Positions 38,785 through 49,216 of a DNA stretch of 64,000 bases are shown here, piece after piece. The DNA is from an uncultured Pelagibacteraceae bacterium (GTDB taxonomy: Bacteria; Pseudomonadota; Alphaproteobacteria; Pelagibacterales; AG-422-B15). Positions within the stretch are counted from its first letter, which is position 1. The number at the start of each line of letters is the position of its first letter. The DNA is taken from assembly GCA_902524795.1 (NCBI GenBank), contig CABZEU010000001.1:28916-92915 (forward strand), given 5' to 3'. The position numbers were made by a program, and so were the translations under genes. The notes under the pieces were generated by a model. It searched no databases. It saw only the letters and a list, made by a program, of their open reading frames with translations, and was not told the origin of the DNA.

Positions 38785-39246
38785 ATGCTAAAAGAAGGTC
38801 AAAAACTTCCATCCTTTAGGCTTAATAACCAAGAAGGTGTCTCAGTTAAATTTCCAACCAAAGAAATGACTATTATTTATTTTTATCCAAAGGCGGATAC
38901 TCCAGGCTGCACAAAAGAGTCTTGTGAATTCCAAAGTAATTTTAAAAAATTCAATAAGCTCGAGACCTCAGTTTTTGGAATTTCAAAAGACTCAGTTCAA
39001 CGTCAAAGCAAATTCGCTGAAAAATATAAATTAAAATTTAATCTTCTTTCTGATGAGAGTGAAAAAATTTGTGAAAAATTTGGGGTATGGGTTAATAAAA
39101 GTATGTACGGAAAAACTTACAAAGGAATTGAAAGATCAACTTTTCTTGTGAACAGAAATGGCAAGATCCTAAAAATATGGAGAAAAGTAAAAGTTAATAA
39201 TCATGTTGAGGAAGTCTTAGATACTATTAAAGAATTTAGTAAATGA
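38785..39246 (+). CDS. bcp: Thioredoxin-dependent thiol peroxidase (Bcp peroxiredoxin)
   Basis: 153 aa. FYPKADTPGCTKESC active site. Confidence 0.88.
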   Translation: MLKEGQKLPSFRLNNQEGVSVKFPTKEMTIIYFYPKADTPGCTKESCEFQSNFKKFNKLETSVFGISKDSVQRQSKFAEKYKLKFNLLSDESEKICEKFGVWVNKSMYGKTYKGIERSTFLVNRNGKILKIWRKVKVNNHVEEVLDTIKEFSK

Positions 39247-39878
39247 ATTTAGCTATAATAAACTTCGGCTCAGGAAATTTACATTCTGTTCATAAGGCAT
39301 TTGAAAACGTAAACTCAGAATTAAGCAATCCTTATAATATTGTTGTGACCAATGATCCTAGAGAGATCCAGTCAGCTGATAAGATTGTCTTACCTGGAGT
39401 AGGTGCCTTCGGTGATTGTAAAAATGCAATTTACAACATTGAAGGTTTGCATGCATCACTTGAAGTTTCAGTTTTAAAAAACAAGGTCCCTTTTATGGGA
39501 ATATGTGTGGGCATGCAGTTATTGGCTGATCTTTCATATGAGTTTGGTACACACTCGGGTTTTGGCTGGATACCAGGTGAAGTAAGGAGGATTGCATCTT
39601 CTCAAAAATACAAAATTCCTCACATGGGATGGAATGAGTTAAGGTTCTCGGACCACAAGTTATTTGATGGTTGTGAGCAAGGGTCAGATTTTTATTTTGT
39701 TCACAGTTTTTATTTTCAGAATCAAAAAAGTGAACATTCTATCGCCACAACGAAATACCCTGATCAAATTACAGCGGCAGTTTGCAAAGAAAATATATGT
39801 GGCACACAATTCCACCCAGAAAAAAGTCATAAAAATGGGAAAAGAATAATTCACAACTTTTTAAAGTGGAGACCATAA
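39243..39878 (+). CDS. hisH: Imidazole glycerol phosphate synthase, glutaminase subunit
   Basis: LPGVGAFG, GICVGMQLL (Cys nucleophile), HPEKS. Confidence 0.93.
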   Translation: MNLAIINFGSGNLHSVHKAFENVNSELSNPYNIVVTNDPREIQSADKIVLPGVGAFGDCKNAIYNIEGLHASLEVSVLKNKVPFMGICVGMQLLADLSYEFGTHSGFGWIPGEVRRIASSQKYKIPHMGWNELRFSDHKLFDGCEQGSDFYFVHSFYFQNQKSEHSIATTKYPDQITAAVCKENICGTQFHPEKSHKNGKRIIHNFLKWRP

Positions 39879-40603
39879 TGATCTTATTTCCTGCTATCGA
39901 TATGAAAGATGGTAAATGTGTACGCCTTATTCAGGGCGATTTTAATAAATCCACTACTTATAATAATTCACCAGTAGATCAGGCTAAGTTATTTGAAGAT
40001 CTAGGAATAACCTGGCTTCATTGTGTAGATTTGGATGGAGCTCTGGCAGGTCAATCAGAAAATGTAAAGTCAATTGAAGAAATCGCGTTAAAAACAAAAC
40101 TTAAATTGCAATTTGGTGGAGGTATTCGAGATATAAATTCAGTTGAAACTTTAATCAATATTGGCATACAAAATGTAATACTTGGAACAGCAGTATTTGA
40201 AGATTATGAATTATTTCAAACTGCTGTTCATAAATATCCAAACAAAATATCTATTGCTTTAGATATTAAAAATGAGCAAATTGCGCTTCGTGGTTGGAGC
40301 GAAGTTAAGTCAATCAATCTTGAGAAATTTTTATTATCGATTGAAGGTTTGCAAATAAATTCAATTATATGTACAGACGTGATGAGAGATGGAATGAAAA
40401 AAGGTATTAATTTTGATATGCTGGAGAATGTTATGAAAATGACGAGTTTTTTATGTGTTGCTTCAGGTGGTGTATCCTCAATCGATGACATAAAAAATAT
40501 CAAAGGTAAAAACTACTCTCAAATGAAAGGTATTATTGTTGGTAAAGCAATTTATGACAAAAACATTGATATTAAAGACGCATTAAAAATATTAAGTAAA
40601 TAA
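39878..40603 (+). CDS. hisA: ProFAR isomerase HisA
   Basis: [16 protein letters not shown]. Start adjusted to the ATG in TAATG (ORF track gives GTG 39866). Confidence 0.92.
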   Translation: MILFPAIDMKDGKCVRLIQGDFNKSTTYNNSPVDQAKLFEDLGITWLHCVDLDGALAGQSENVKSIEEIALKTKLKLQFGGGIRDINSVETLINIGIQNVILGTAVFEDYELFQTAVHKYPNKISIALDIKNEQIALRGWSEVKSINLEKFLLSIEGLQINSIICTDVMRDGMKKGINFDMLENVMKMTSFLCVASGGVSSIDDIKNIKGKNYSQMKGIIVGKAIYDKNIDIKDALKILSK

Positions 40604-41361
40604 TGTTAAAAAAAAGAATTATACCCTGTTTAGATGTCGATAATGGCAGAGTTGTTAAAGGTGTTAATTTCATCGATTTAGTTGACGCAGGAGATCCAGT
40701 TGAACAAGCTATAATCTATAATGCTGAAGGTGCCGATGAGCTTTGTTTTCTAGATATTACTGCGTCAAGTGATAATAGAGACACTTTGCTAGAGGTGGTA
40801 AAAAAAACAGCTGAGAATTGTTTCATACCACTTACTGTAGGTGGTGGTGTCAGGAGTTTGGATGACATTTCACGTTTACTTCATTATGGAGCAGATAAAG
40901 TGTCAATAAATACTGCAGCAGTGGATAATATTGATTTGGTGGCTGAGGCTGCAAACAAGTATGGTTCATCAACAATCGTAATAGCTGTAGACGCTAAGCA
41001 AACTGCTGAAAATCAATGGAAAGTATTCACTCATGGTGGGAGAAAAGAGACCGACATTGATGTTGTTGCTTACTGTAATGAAGTGGCAAAACTAGGCGCC
41101 GGAGAAATATTGCTTACATCAATGGATAGAGATGGAACAAAAAGTGGGTTTGACAACAAACTATTAAAAGCTGTTACATCAAAAGTTAATATACCAGTTA
41201 TTGCGTCAGGTGGAGTTGGTAACTTGAACCATCTTCTTGATGGAATTCTTGAGGGTGAGGCAAGCGCATTACTTGCTGCTTCTATTTTTCACTTTGGTGA
41301 ATACAGCATAGGTGAAGTTAAAAGATATCTTGCTGATAATAATATTCCAGTTAGGATCTAA
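40603..41361 (+). CDS. hisF: Imidazole glycerol phosphate synthase, cyclase subunit
   Basis: [29 protein letters not shown] motifs. Confidence 0.96.
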   Translation: MLKKRIIPCLDVDNGRVVKGVNFIDLVDAGDPVEQAIIYNAEGADELCFLDITASSDNRDTLLEVVKKTAENCFIPLTVGGGVRSLDDISRLLHYGADKVSINTAAVDNIDLVAEAANKYGSSTIVIAVDAKQTAENQWKVFTHGGRKETDIDVVAYCNEVAKLGAGEILLTSMDRDGTKSGFDNKLLKAVTSKVNIPVIASGGVGNLNHLLDGILEGEASALLAASIFHFGEYSIGEVKRYLADNNIPVRI

Positions 41362-41363
41362 TC

Positions 41364-41651
41364 ATGAAAGGTTATTGGATCGCAAAAGTAAATGTACTTC
41401 ATCCCGAAAAACAAAAAATGTATTCTGAACTAGCTTCTAAAGCAGTACAAAAATATGATGGGAAATTCTTAGTGCGTGGAGGAAGTCAAGTTATTACTGA
41501 AGGAAAAGAGTACGAACGAAATGTCGTAGTAGAATACTCCTCATTTGATAATGCAAAAAAAGCTTATAACAGCAAAGAATATCAAGAGGCAAAAAAATTA
41601 CTTGGTGAAGATAAGGATCGACTTTTTGCTATTGTTGAAGGTTGCGAATAG
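41364..41651 (+). CDS. DUF1330 domain protein
   Basis: 95 aa. Dimeric alpha/beta-barrel-like pattern (YWIAKV.V......Y...A...V.KYGGKFLVRGG...EG......VVVEF.S...A..). Embedded between hisF and hisE. Confidence 0.7.
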   Translation: MKGYWIAKVNVLHPEKQKMYSELASKAVQKYDGKFLVRGGSQVITEGKEYERNVVVEYSSFDNAKKAYNSKEYQEAKKLLGEDKDRLFAIVEGCE

Positions 41652-41959
41652 TGGTTAATAAAGTTGATGTTCTTGTTCGTTTATTTGAGACTATTGAAAA
41701 ACGTTCAAAAGAAGACCCCTCTAAATCATACACTGCAAAGCTTTTGTCTGAAGGTAAAATCAAATGCATTGAAAAATTAAAAGAAGAGTCTATTGAAACT
41801 GTTGAAGCTGCAGAGCAAGATAACGCGAAACAAATAATATATGAATCTGCTGATCTCATATATCATTTGCTTGTACTTTGGAAAAAATTTGATATTACAG
41901 CGGACCAAATATATGCCGAGCTAGAAAGCAGGGAAGGTAAAACAGGTTTACGCAAATAA
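41642..41959 (+). CDS. hisE: Phosphoribosyl-ATP pyrophosphatase
   Basis: L..L...I..R......SYTAKLL..G...I..K..EE..E pattern. Start is TTG 41642 or GTG 41651 (TAGTG overlap). Confidence 0.85.
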   Translation: MRIVVNKVDVLVRLFETIEKRSKEDPSKSYTAKLLSEGKIKCIEKLKEESIETVEAAEQDNAKQIIYESADLIYHLLVLWKKFDITADQIYAELESREGKTGLRK

Positions 41960-42342
41960 TGAGTTACGACAAAGATAATATATTTGCTAAAATAATAAGA
42001 GGAGAAATTCCCTGTGATAAAATTTACGAAGATGACTTTGTACTTTCTTTTAAAGATATAAGGCCTCAAGCGCCCGCTCACGCATTAATTATTCCTAAGG
42101 GAAACTATATAGACATTAATGACTTTAGTTTAAACGCTAGTGATAATGAAATTATAGGGTTTAATCGCGCCATTGCGAAAGTTGCAGATATGTTGGGTAT
42201 TAGTGAAAATTCTGGAGGAAATGGTTATAGAGTTATAGCGAATGCTGGAAATGATGCACACCAAGAAGTACCTCATCTTCACTTCCATTTACTGGCTGGC
42301 AGACCTTTAGGTCCAATGGTTTTTCCAGAAAAATCTAATTAA
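41959..42342 (+). CDS. HIT-family (histidine triad) nucleotide-binding protein
   Basis: IFAKIIRGEIP, histidine triad VPHLHFHLL. Confidence 0.88.
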   Translation: MSYDKDNIFAKIIRGEIPCDKIYEDDFVLSFKDIRPQAPAHALIIPKGNYIDINDFSLNASDNEIIGFNRAIAKVADMLGISENSGGNGYRVIANAGNDAHQEVPHLHFHLLAGRPLGPMVFPEKSN

Positions 42343-42354
42343 GAGTAATTTATA

Positions 42355-42813
42355 ATGACAAGTAAGATTTCAGATGAAGAACTGGTAAAATTATTTAATA
42401 AAAATAAATTATTTAATTTATTCAATATGACAGTTCTTGAAGTAAATACTGATGCTGGAAGTATTAAAATGGAATTTGAAGTAGAGCAAAAATATTGTAA
42501 TCCTGCAGGTGATGTTCAAGGAGGTATTGTAAGTGGGATGGTTGATGACGCTACTGCTCTTGCCTTTATCTTTCAAAACTATTTCAAGAAAAGACCACCA
42601 ACTATAGAACTAAAAACTAATTTTTTATATCCTACAAAACCAGGAAAAGTAATAGGATATGGCCAAGTAGTTAAATCAGGAAAAAATATTGCTTTTCTAG
42701 AAGGAAGACTTGAACAAAACAATAGAACCGTAGTTACAGCTACATCTACTTGTGTAATTGTAGACATGCCTCAAGTAAATTTAAAAAAAATGATGGGGGA
42801 AAAAAATGATTAA
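42355..42813 (+). CDS. PaaI-family (hot-dog) thioesterase
   Basis: 152 aa. N..G.VQGGIVSGMVDDA motif. Confidence 0.75.
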   Translation: MTSKISDEELVKLFNKNKLFNLFNMTVLEVNTDAGSIKMEFEVEQKYCNPAGDVQGGIVSGMVDDATALAFIFQNYFKKRPPTIELKTNFLYPTKPGKVIGYGQVVKSGKNIAFLEGRLEQNNRTVVTATSTCVIVDMPQVNLKKMMGEKND

Positions 42814-43822
42814 TAAACAATGGATACTAAAAAATTTTCCAGTAGGAGATATCAAAGAGGGTGATTTAGTAATGGAAGAAACCTCTGTTCCTGAATTAAA
42901 TGAAAATGAGCTTTTGATTAGAAATATTTATTTATCACTAGATCCAGCTAATAGAGGATGGATGAGTGGACGTTCTTCCTATGTTGATGCAATGCAAATA
43001 GGTGATGTTATGAGGGGTGGAACAATAGGTATAGTTGAGAAATCAAAAAATCAGAAATTTAAAGAAGGTGAACTTGTTAATTGTATGGGTGGATGGCAAG
43101 AATATTTTATCACTTACGGCAAAGGTGTTAGACAAATACCACAAGGTACTGGGTTCCCACTAGATAGCTATATGAGTATTTTGGGAATGACAGGCATGAC
43201 TGCTTATTTTGGTTTACTAGATATTACAAAACCTCAAACAGGCGAAACATTAGTAGTTTCAGCTGCAGCGGGTGCTGTGGGTTCTATAGTTTGCCAAATT
43301 GGAAAAATAAAAGGATGTAAAGTCATAGGTATTGCTGGTTCTGATGAGAAATGTCAGTGGTTAGTAAATGATCTTGGTATAGATGGAGCAATAAACTACA
43401 AAACAGAAAATGTTAGAAAAAGACTTAAAGATCTTTGCTCTGATGGAGTCGATATTTATTTTGAAAATGTTGGAGGACCCATCACGGATGCTGTTCTAAC
43501 AAGAATGAACATAAATGGAAGAATAAGTTTATGCGGCTTAATATCTGGCTATAACGCTGAGTCATTAGTTCCTGGACCAGCATGGGGAAATTTATTGATT
43601 AAAAGAATAAAGCTCAAAGGTTTCATCGTTTTCGATTATTTTAAAAGATACATAGAAGCTTACCAAGATATTACAACTTGGATTAAAGAGGGAAAAATTA
43701 AATATAAAAATCATATAGTCCCTGGATTAGAAAATGCAGAAAATTCTATTAAAAAGTTATTTTCAGGAGAAAATGAGGGGAAACTAATAATAAAAGTTTC
43801 AGAAAATACGACTCAAAATTGA
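42806..43822 (+). CDS. NADP-dependent oxidoreductase (MDR superfamily, YncB/PTGR-like enone reductase)
   Basis: 338 aa. AAAGAVGSIVCQIGK Rossmann motif. GKLIIKV C-terminus. Confidence 0.85.
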   Translation: MINKQWILKNFPVGDIKEGDLVMEETSVPELNENELLIRNIYLSLDPANRGWMSGRSSYVDAMQIGDVMRGGTIGIVEKSKNQKFKEGELVNCMGGWQEYFITYGKGVRQIPQGTGFPLDSYMSILGMTGMTAYFGLLDITKPQTGETLVVSAAAGAVGSIVCQIGKIKGCKVIGIAGSDEKCQWLVNDLGIDGAINYKTENVRKRLKDLCSDGVDIYFENVGGPITDAVLTRMNINGRISLCGLISGYNAESLVPGPAWGNLLIKRIKLKGFIVFDYFKRYIEAYQDITTWIKEGKIKYKNHIVPGLENAENSIKKLFSGENEGKLIIKVSENTTQN

Positions 43823-43826
43823 ACCA

Positions 43827-44807
43827 ATGAAAAAAGTTTTAATCTTCAGCAATGGAGAGCAAATTGGAGATGGCATTTTAAAACTGCCGATAGTTTATCA
43901 ACTTAAAGATAGATTTCCAAATTATGAAATTCATTGGATGACTGATACAATTTATACTGAGTATAATCAAAGACTAAAAAGGTTTATCTCAAACTACATC
44001 GATAAAATATGGGAAAAAGCAAAACTAAGCCCTTTTTTCTGGAAAAAAATTTCAAATACTTATGATTTAAAACACGAAGAATTTGACATTATTATTGATA
44101 CGCAAAAAGCAGTATCCAGAACTATTGCCTTAAAAAGACTAAGAACGAAAATTTTTATTTCATCTACAGCTAATTGGTTTTTTTCCAACCAGAAACCCAA
44201 AGAATTAAATAAAGAAAGAAAGTTTTATATAAATGATATAATAGAAATGCTCGATCTGGTTTCAAATTATGAAACTGAAAAAGAATTTGAGATAGATACT
44301 CCTCAAGCAATAACAGAGACACTAAATAAATTATTTGACCCGAGTAAAAAGTATATTGGTATTGCGCCTGGTTCAAATACTCCTAAACGAATTTGGTCAT
44401 TTGATAAATACATAGAAGTAGCTAAATTTTATGAAAAAAAAAATTTCAATATTGTTTTTTTCCTTGGCCCTGAAGAACAAAATCTTCGTAAAAAAATAGT
44501 TGATATTATTAATGAACCCCTTTTCCCAGAAGAAGAAGTCAAAAATTATTCTGGAATTGAAGTGGTAATGGCATCAACAAACTACTTAGATATTGCCATA
44601 ACTAATGACAGTGGAACAGGTCAAATGCTCTCAACTAATATGTGCCCATTGTTAAAAATCTGTGGTCCAACAAGTGCAGTCAAATTTTTGAATGATCAGT
44701 TCACTAATATTAATTTTATCGCATCACAGAGTTTTGGTGGCGATGATATAAATTTAATAACTACTAATGCAGTTATTAATGAAATTGATAAAATTTTAGA
44801 TAACTAA
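43827..44807 (+). CDS. Glycosyltransferase family 9 (heptosyltransferase-like)
   Basis: 326 aa. IG.APGS....K.W..DKY..VAKF acceptor-domain pattern and NDSG.GQM donor-domain motif. Confidence 0.7.
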   Translation: MKKVLIFSNGEQIGDGILKLPIVYQLKDRFPNYEIHWMTDTIYTEYNQRLKRFISNYIDKIWEKAKLSPFFWKKISNTYDLKHEEFDIIIDTQKAVSRTIALKRLRTKIFISSTANWFFSNQKPKELNKERKFYINDIIEMLDLVSNYETEKEFEIDTPQAITETLNKLFDPSKKYIGIAPGSNTPKRIWSFDKYIEVAKFYEKKNFNIVFFLGPEEQNLRKKIVDIINEPLFPEEEVKNYSGIEVVMASTNYLDIAITNDSGTGQMLSTNMCPLLKICGPTSAVKFLNDQFTNINFIASQSFGGDDINLITTNAVINEIDKILDN

Positions 44808-44810
44808 ACT

Positions 44811-45776
44811 CTACAATCTAGCCCCATAGATTTGTATTATCTCTGAAGCAAACCTAACTCCTTCTTTGCCACATTGTTCAAGGGGTTGTCCCTGAATATA
44901 TTTTAGTAAAAACCCTGCAGCAAATAGATCGCCAGCTCCCGTTGTATCAACAAGATTATCTATTTTTTGGGGTTCAATTTTAATCACCTCTTCATTATTT
45001 ACGATCATTGCTCCTTTTTCACCGAGTGTAATTGCAAAAATTTTATTCTTATCTTTTATAATATTTATACTCTCGTCCAAGTCTGATGTGCCTAATAGAG
45101 ATTTCATTTCCTCTTCATTCGCAAAAACAATATCCGCATCTTTATCAATTAAACTTAAAAAGCTTTCTCTAAAACGTTCAATACAGAATACGTCAGATAC
45201 ACTAAAGGCTACAATTTTATTGTTCTCTTTAGCTACCTTTGTCGCTTTTTTGATTGCTACTTGAGCATCATCTAGGTCCCAAAGGTATCCTTCTAGATAA
45301 GTGATTTTTGATTGAGAAATAACATCTTCATTAACATCATCAGAATTAAGCTTTTGGGATATTCCTAAATAGGTACTCATTGTCCTTTGAGCATCAGGGG
45401 TTACCATAACTAAGCATCTCCCTGTTTCACTCTTATCAGATTGAGGGACATTCGCAAAAAATACATTTTCTTTATTTAAGCCATCAACAAATGCGTTACC
45501 GACCTCATCCATTCCGACTTTTCCAATAAAAGCTGTTTTCATATTATTTTGAGCCAGAGCAACTATGGAGTTTGCAACAGAGCCACCTGAAACTTTTTTT
45601 TTAATGTCAATTTTTCCTGAGATATCTTTAATACCATCTAAGTCCACTAAAGACATGAGGCCTTTTCTTAATTCGTGATCTTCCAAGAATTGATCTTCTA
45701 CGTCTGTAATTACATCGACAATAGAATTACCAATTCCTACAATATCATATTTATTATCTACCATGTTTCCACCCAA
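44811..45776 (-). CDS. PfkB-family kinase (adenosine kinase-like)
   Basis: YDIVGIGNSIVD, DTTGAGDLFAAGFL. Alternative start 45764. Confidence 0.8.
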   Translation of the reverse strand: MGGNMVDNKYDIVGIGNSIVDVITDVEDQFLEDHELRKGLMSLVDLDGIKDISGKIDIKKKVSGGSVANSIVALAQNNMKTAFIGKVGMDEVGNAFVDGLNKENVFFANVPQSDKSETGRCLVMVTPDAQRTMSTYLGISQKLNSDDVNEDVISQSKITYLEGYLWDLDDAQVAIKKATKVAKENNKIVAFSVSDVFCIERFRESFLSLIDKDADIVFANEEEMKSLLGTSDLDESINIIKDKNKIFAITLGEKGAMIVNNEEVIKIEPQKIDNLVDTTGAGDLFAAGFLLKYIQGQPLEQCGKEGVRFASEIIQIYGARL

Positions 45777-46486
45777 GGACGCAGGTCTATTTCATAAGTC
45801 CACGAATTTTTTGGTTGATTATGTATCATTAAGTAGTTCTGTGCAATATCATCTGGATTCATTAGTCCATCAATTTTCTTTTTTTCTTTCACATAGTCGG
45901 GAAACAATTCATTGACCCATGGGGTATCAATTGCTCCATCAATAACAACATGCGCAACATGAATTCCTTTAGGTCCTAACTCTCTTGCCATACTCTGTGA
46001 AAGAGCTCGTTTCGCATGCTTTGCACCTGCAAAAGCAGCAAAACCCTCTTTACCCCTAACACTCGCTGATGCACCAGTAAAAATTATTGTTCCTTTTTTT
46101 CTAGGAACCATCTTTTTTGCGACTTCTCTACCCATGAGGAACGCGCCGAATGCAGCCATTTCCCAAACTTTATAGTATTTTCTGGATGTTGTTTCTAAGA
46201 TTCCATATCTGATATTTGCTCCTATGTTGTATACTGCAACTAAGATCTCTCCGATTTCGTTTTCAATTTTATTAATTAAGTTTATGACATCATCTTCTTT
46301 TCTTGCATCAAGAGAATAAAAGAAACACTCGCCCCCATTTTCTTTGATTTCTTCTGCTAAACTGGATAATTTATCACCATTTCTTCTTGCAACTACAACA
46401 GTGAGTCCTTCATTTGCAAAAACTCTTGCTATTGACGAACCTAAACTATCACCAGCGCCAATTATCAATGCTACTTTATTTTTCAT
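45758..46486 (-). CDS. SDR-family oxidoreductase
   Basis: ALIIGAGDSLGSSIA cofactor motif. Catalytic region GASASVRG...AFAGAKHA. Confidence 0.85.
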   Translation of the reverse strand: MKNKVALIIGAGDSLGSSIARVFANEGLTVVVARRNGDKLSSLAEEIKENGGECFFYSLDARKEDDVINLINKIENEIGEILVAVYNIGANIRYGILETTSRKYYKVWEMAAFGAFLMGREVAKKMVPRKKGTIIFTGASASVRGKEGFAAFAGAKHAKRALSQSMARELGPKGIHVAHVVIDGAIDTPWVNELFPDYVKEKKKIDGLMNPDDIAQNYLMIHNQPKNSWTYEIDLRPWVETW

Positions 46487-46545
46487 TTTGAAAGAACTCT
46501 AGCAGTTACAGTCAAACTATCAACTCTCTATTATAAAAATATATA

Positions 46546-47199
46546 TTAAGGTTTTTTTGTTTTTACTGGCTTTTTTCTATTAGGAAAACAGGTTTGGCAA
46601 ATTTTACAATCTAAGCCAAAACATTTTCTAGCTTCACAATACTCTCTTCCGTAAAAAATAATTTGTAAATGAAGTTTATTCCAACTATCCATTGGAAAGA
46701 CTTTTTTTAAATCTTTTTCTGTTTGTTTTACATTTTTTCCATTAGTTAGCCCCCATCTTTGTGCTAATCTATGAATATGTGTATCAACAGGAAAAGCTGG
46801 ATGACCAAAACCTTGTGACATTACTACACTGGCTGTTTTATGGCCCACACCAGGAAGCTTCTCAAGTTCGTCAAAACTTTCTGGTACCTTGCCATTAAAA
46901 TTTTTAACTAATATTTTAGACAACTTATGGATCGCACTGGACTTTTGGGGGGCTAGGCCACATGGTCTTATAATTTTGTATATTTTATTTTGAGATAATT
47001 TTTGCATTTTTTCTGCATTATTTGCTTTCTTAAAAAGTATTGGTGTAATTTCATTTACTCTTTTATCAGTACATTGTGCACTTAAAAGAACAGAAATTAA
47101 AAGTTCAAATTTGTTGCTATGATTTAGAGGTATGGGAGTTTTAGGATATATCTTATTTAATATATCCATTATTTTTGTTACACGTTCAGCTCTTTGCAT
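46546..47199 (-). CDS. nth: Endonuclease III
   Basis: HhH-GPD (LPGVGHKTASVV). C-terminal Cys cluster. Confidence 0.92.
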   Translation of the reverse strand: MQRAERVTKIMDILNKIYPKTPIPLNHSNKFELLISVLLSAQCTDKRVNEITPILFKKANNAEKMQKLSQNKIYKIIRPCGLAPQKSSAIHKLSKILVKNFNGKVPESFDELEKLPGVGHKTASVVMSQGFGHPAFPVDTHIHRLAQRWGLTNGKNVKQTEKDLKKVFPMDSWNKLHLQIIFYGREYCEARKCFGLDCKICQTCFPNRKKPVKTKKP

Positions 47200-47217
47200 C
47201 AGCTATTTCTTACTTTT

Positions 47218-48024
47218 CTAAATATTCAAAACGTCGGCCATTGAATAAAGGCCTGGCTCTTTATCCATTCCCCATTTTACAGCTTGAAGTGCGCCACTGG
47301 CAAAAATACCCCTATTTTTTGCTATATGCTGAATTTTAATCGTTTCATCATTTGATGAGAATATTATCTCATGGTCACCAATGGCTTCACCTTTTCTAAA
47401 GGATGACATTACAATTTTATCCTTTAAATTTTTACCAATTCTATTGATACGATTAATTTTCATTATATTTTCCAATTTTTTATTCTTTCCATCAGCAGCA
47501 GCTTTACCAAGCATTATTGCTGTTCCTGAGGGTGCATCAATTTTATGTTTATGGTGAGTTTCATTTATTTTTATATCAAAAGAACTATCTAATTTGGAGG
47601 AAGCAATTTTTACAATATTTTCTAATAAATTTATACCTAAACTCATGTTGCCAGATTTAATAATTGTGGCATGCTGGGCAGCAAAATCTATTTTACGTAA
47701 TTGATTTTTGTTGAACCCTGTTGTTCCAATTACATGAACAATTCTTGCTTGCGCAGAATATTTTGCATGCTCCAATGTTGCTGTTGGAACTGTAAAATCA
47801 ATAACTGCATCAGCTTTTGCAAACAGTTCAATAATATTATCTGTTATTAAAATGCCAGTTTTTTTTATTTTTAAAATCTGACCTATATCTTTTCCTAAAG
47901 AAGGATGGCCAACGCTCTCAGTTGCTCCAAATAATGCAAAAGATTTATCTTGAATAATCCTCTTTAGAATTTGTGCACCCATGCGGCCTGAAGCACCCGT
48001 TACGATTACTTTAATTTTTTTCAT
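47218..48024 (-). CDS. dapB: 4-hydroxy-tetrahydrodipicolinate reductase
   Basis: IKVIVTGASGRMG, ETHHKHKIDAPSGTA. Confidence 0.9.
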   Translation of the reverse strand: MKKIKVIVTGASGRMGAQILKRIIQDKSFALFGATESVGHPSLGKDIGQILKIKKTGILITDNIIELFAKADAVIDFTVPTATLEHAKYSAQARIVHVIGTTGFNKNQLRKIDFAAQHATIIKSGNMSLGINLLENIVKIASSKLDSSFDIKINETHHKHKIDAPSGTAIMLGKAAADGKNKKLENIMKINRINRIGKNLKDKIVMSSFRKGEAIGDHEIIFSSNDETIKIQHIAKNRGIFASGALQAVKWGMDKEPGLYSMADVLNI

Positions 48025-48064
48025 TTTTTAAAGATAATTGAAATAAAGAAAAAAGTAATGGTAT

Positions 48065-49204
48065 TTAATTTTTTGTTTTCCAGAAATCTCTGGCTTTTTT
48101 AAAAAAAGCTGAGCTAAGAGGATTTTCTTCATTATTGCTTACTTCTTGAAAGGACTTTAGAATTTCAATTTGCTTTTTGTTTAAATTTATAGGAGTTTCA
48201 ACTTTGGTTTGTATATACAGATCACCAAGATAGCCACTTTTTACATTTGGCATTCCTTTTGATTTAAGTCTAAATTGATCTCCTGTTTGAGTTCCCTGAG
48301 GTATTTTTAATCTCGCTTTACCACCATCTATAATTGGTACATCAATAGATCCACCAACAGCCGCATCAATCATTGAAATAGGTACCTCAGCAAAAAGATT
48401 TTCATCTTCCCTGGCAAATATACTATGTTCGTTGACATTAACAAAAATATACAAATCACCCTGCTGACCACCATTTGTACCAGCCTCGCCCTCGCCACTT
48501 AGTCTTATTCTTGATCCATCATCAACTCCCTTTGGTATTTTTACCATTAGACTTTTTGTTTTTTGAGTTCGACCGGAACCACGACACGGATTACAAGGAT
48601 CAGATATTGTTGAGCCGGATCCCTGACAGGAAGGACACGTTTGTTGAATAGAAAAGAAACCTTGTTGTGATCTAATTTGACCTCTTCCACCACATGTTTG
48701 ACATGTTACAGGTCGGCTTCCTTTAGATGCCCCTGAACCAGAACATATCTCACATTGAACCTGTGTAGGTATTTTTACTTTGAATTTTTTTCCATTATAG
48801 GCTTCTTCAAGTGAAACTGTAATATCATATCTTAAATCAGATCCACGATTGTTTGACTTCCTCCTTCTGTTACCACCTCCTCCAAAAAAAGATGAATCAC
48901 CGCCAAAAAAATCCTCGAAAATATCTTGAAAAGCTGATGAAGAGAAATCGAATCCTCCTCCGCCCTGTCCAGAGCTTCCGTCGACAGCTGCATGACCAAA
49001 CTGATCATAAGCAGATCTTTTTTCTTTATCTTGAAGAACTGCGTATGCCTCACTAGCTTCTTTGAATTTTACTTCAGCTTCTGCATCTCCCTGATTTCGA
49101 TCAGGGTGATATTTCATTGCAAGTTTTCTATAGGATTTTTTTATCTCGGAATCGTCAGCGGTCTTGGATACACCAAGAACTTCATAATAGTCTCTTTTTG
49201 ACAT
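48065..49204 (-). CDS. dnaJ: Chaperone DnaJ
   Basis: J domain (HPD), G/F region, four CxxCxGxG zinc motifs. Confidence 0.97.
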   Translation of the reverse strand: MSKRDYYEVLGVSKTADDSEIKKSYRKLAMKYHPDRNQGDAEAEVKFKEASEAYAVLQDKEKRSAYDQFGHAAVDGSSGQGGGGFDFSSSAFQDIFEDFFGGDSSFFGGGGNRRRKSNNRGSDLRYDITVSLEEAYNGKKFKVKIPTQVQCEICSGSGASKGSRPVTCQTCGGRGQIRSQQGFFSIQQTCPSCQGSGSTISDPCNPCRGSGRTQKTKSLMVKIPKGVDDGSRIRLSGEGEAGTNGGQQGDLYIFVNVNEHSIFAREDENLFAEVPISMIDAAVGGSIDVPIIDGGKARLKIPQGTQTGDQFRLKSKGMPNVKSGYLGDLYIQTKVETPINLNKKQIEILKSFQEVSNNEENPLSSAFFKKARDFWKTKN

Positions 49205-49216
49205 AAGCCTACCTGC

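Noticed and set aside
46496-46523. Sigma70-like TTGATA-N16-TAGAGT on the minus strand, ending about 10 nt before the SDR start codon. This would imply a near-leaderless mRNA.
   Set aside because: Such hexamer pairs are common by chance in AT-rich DNA and there is no independent support. Noted only as a hypothesis for TSS mapping.
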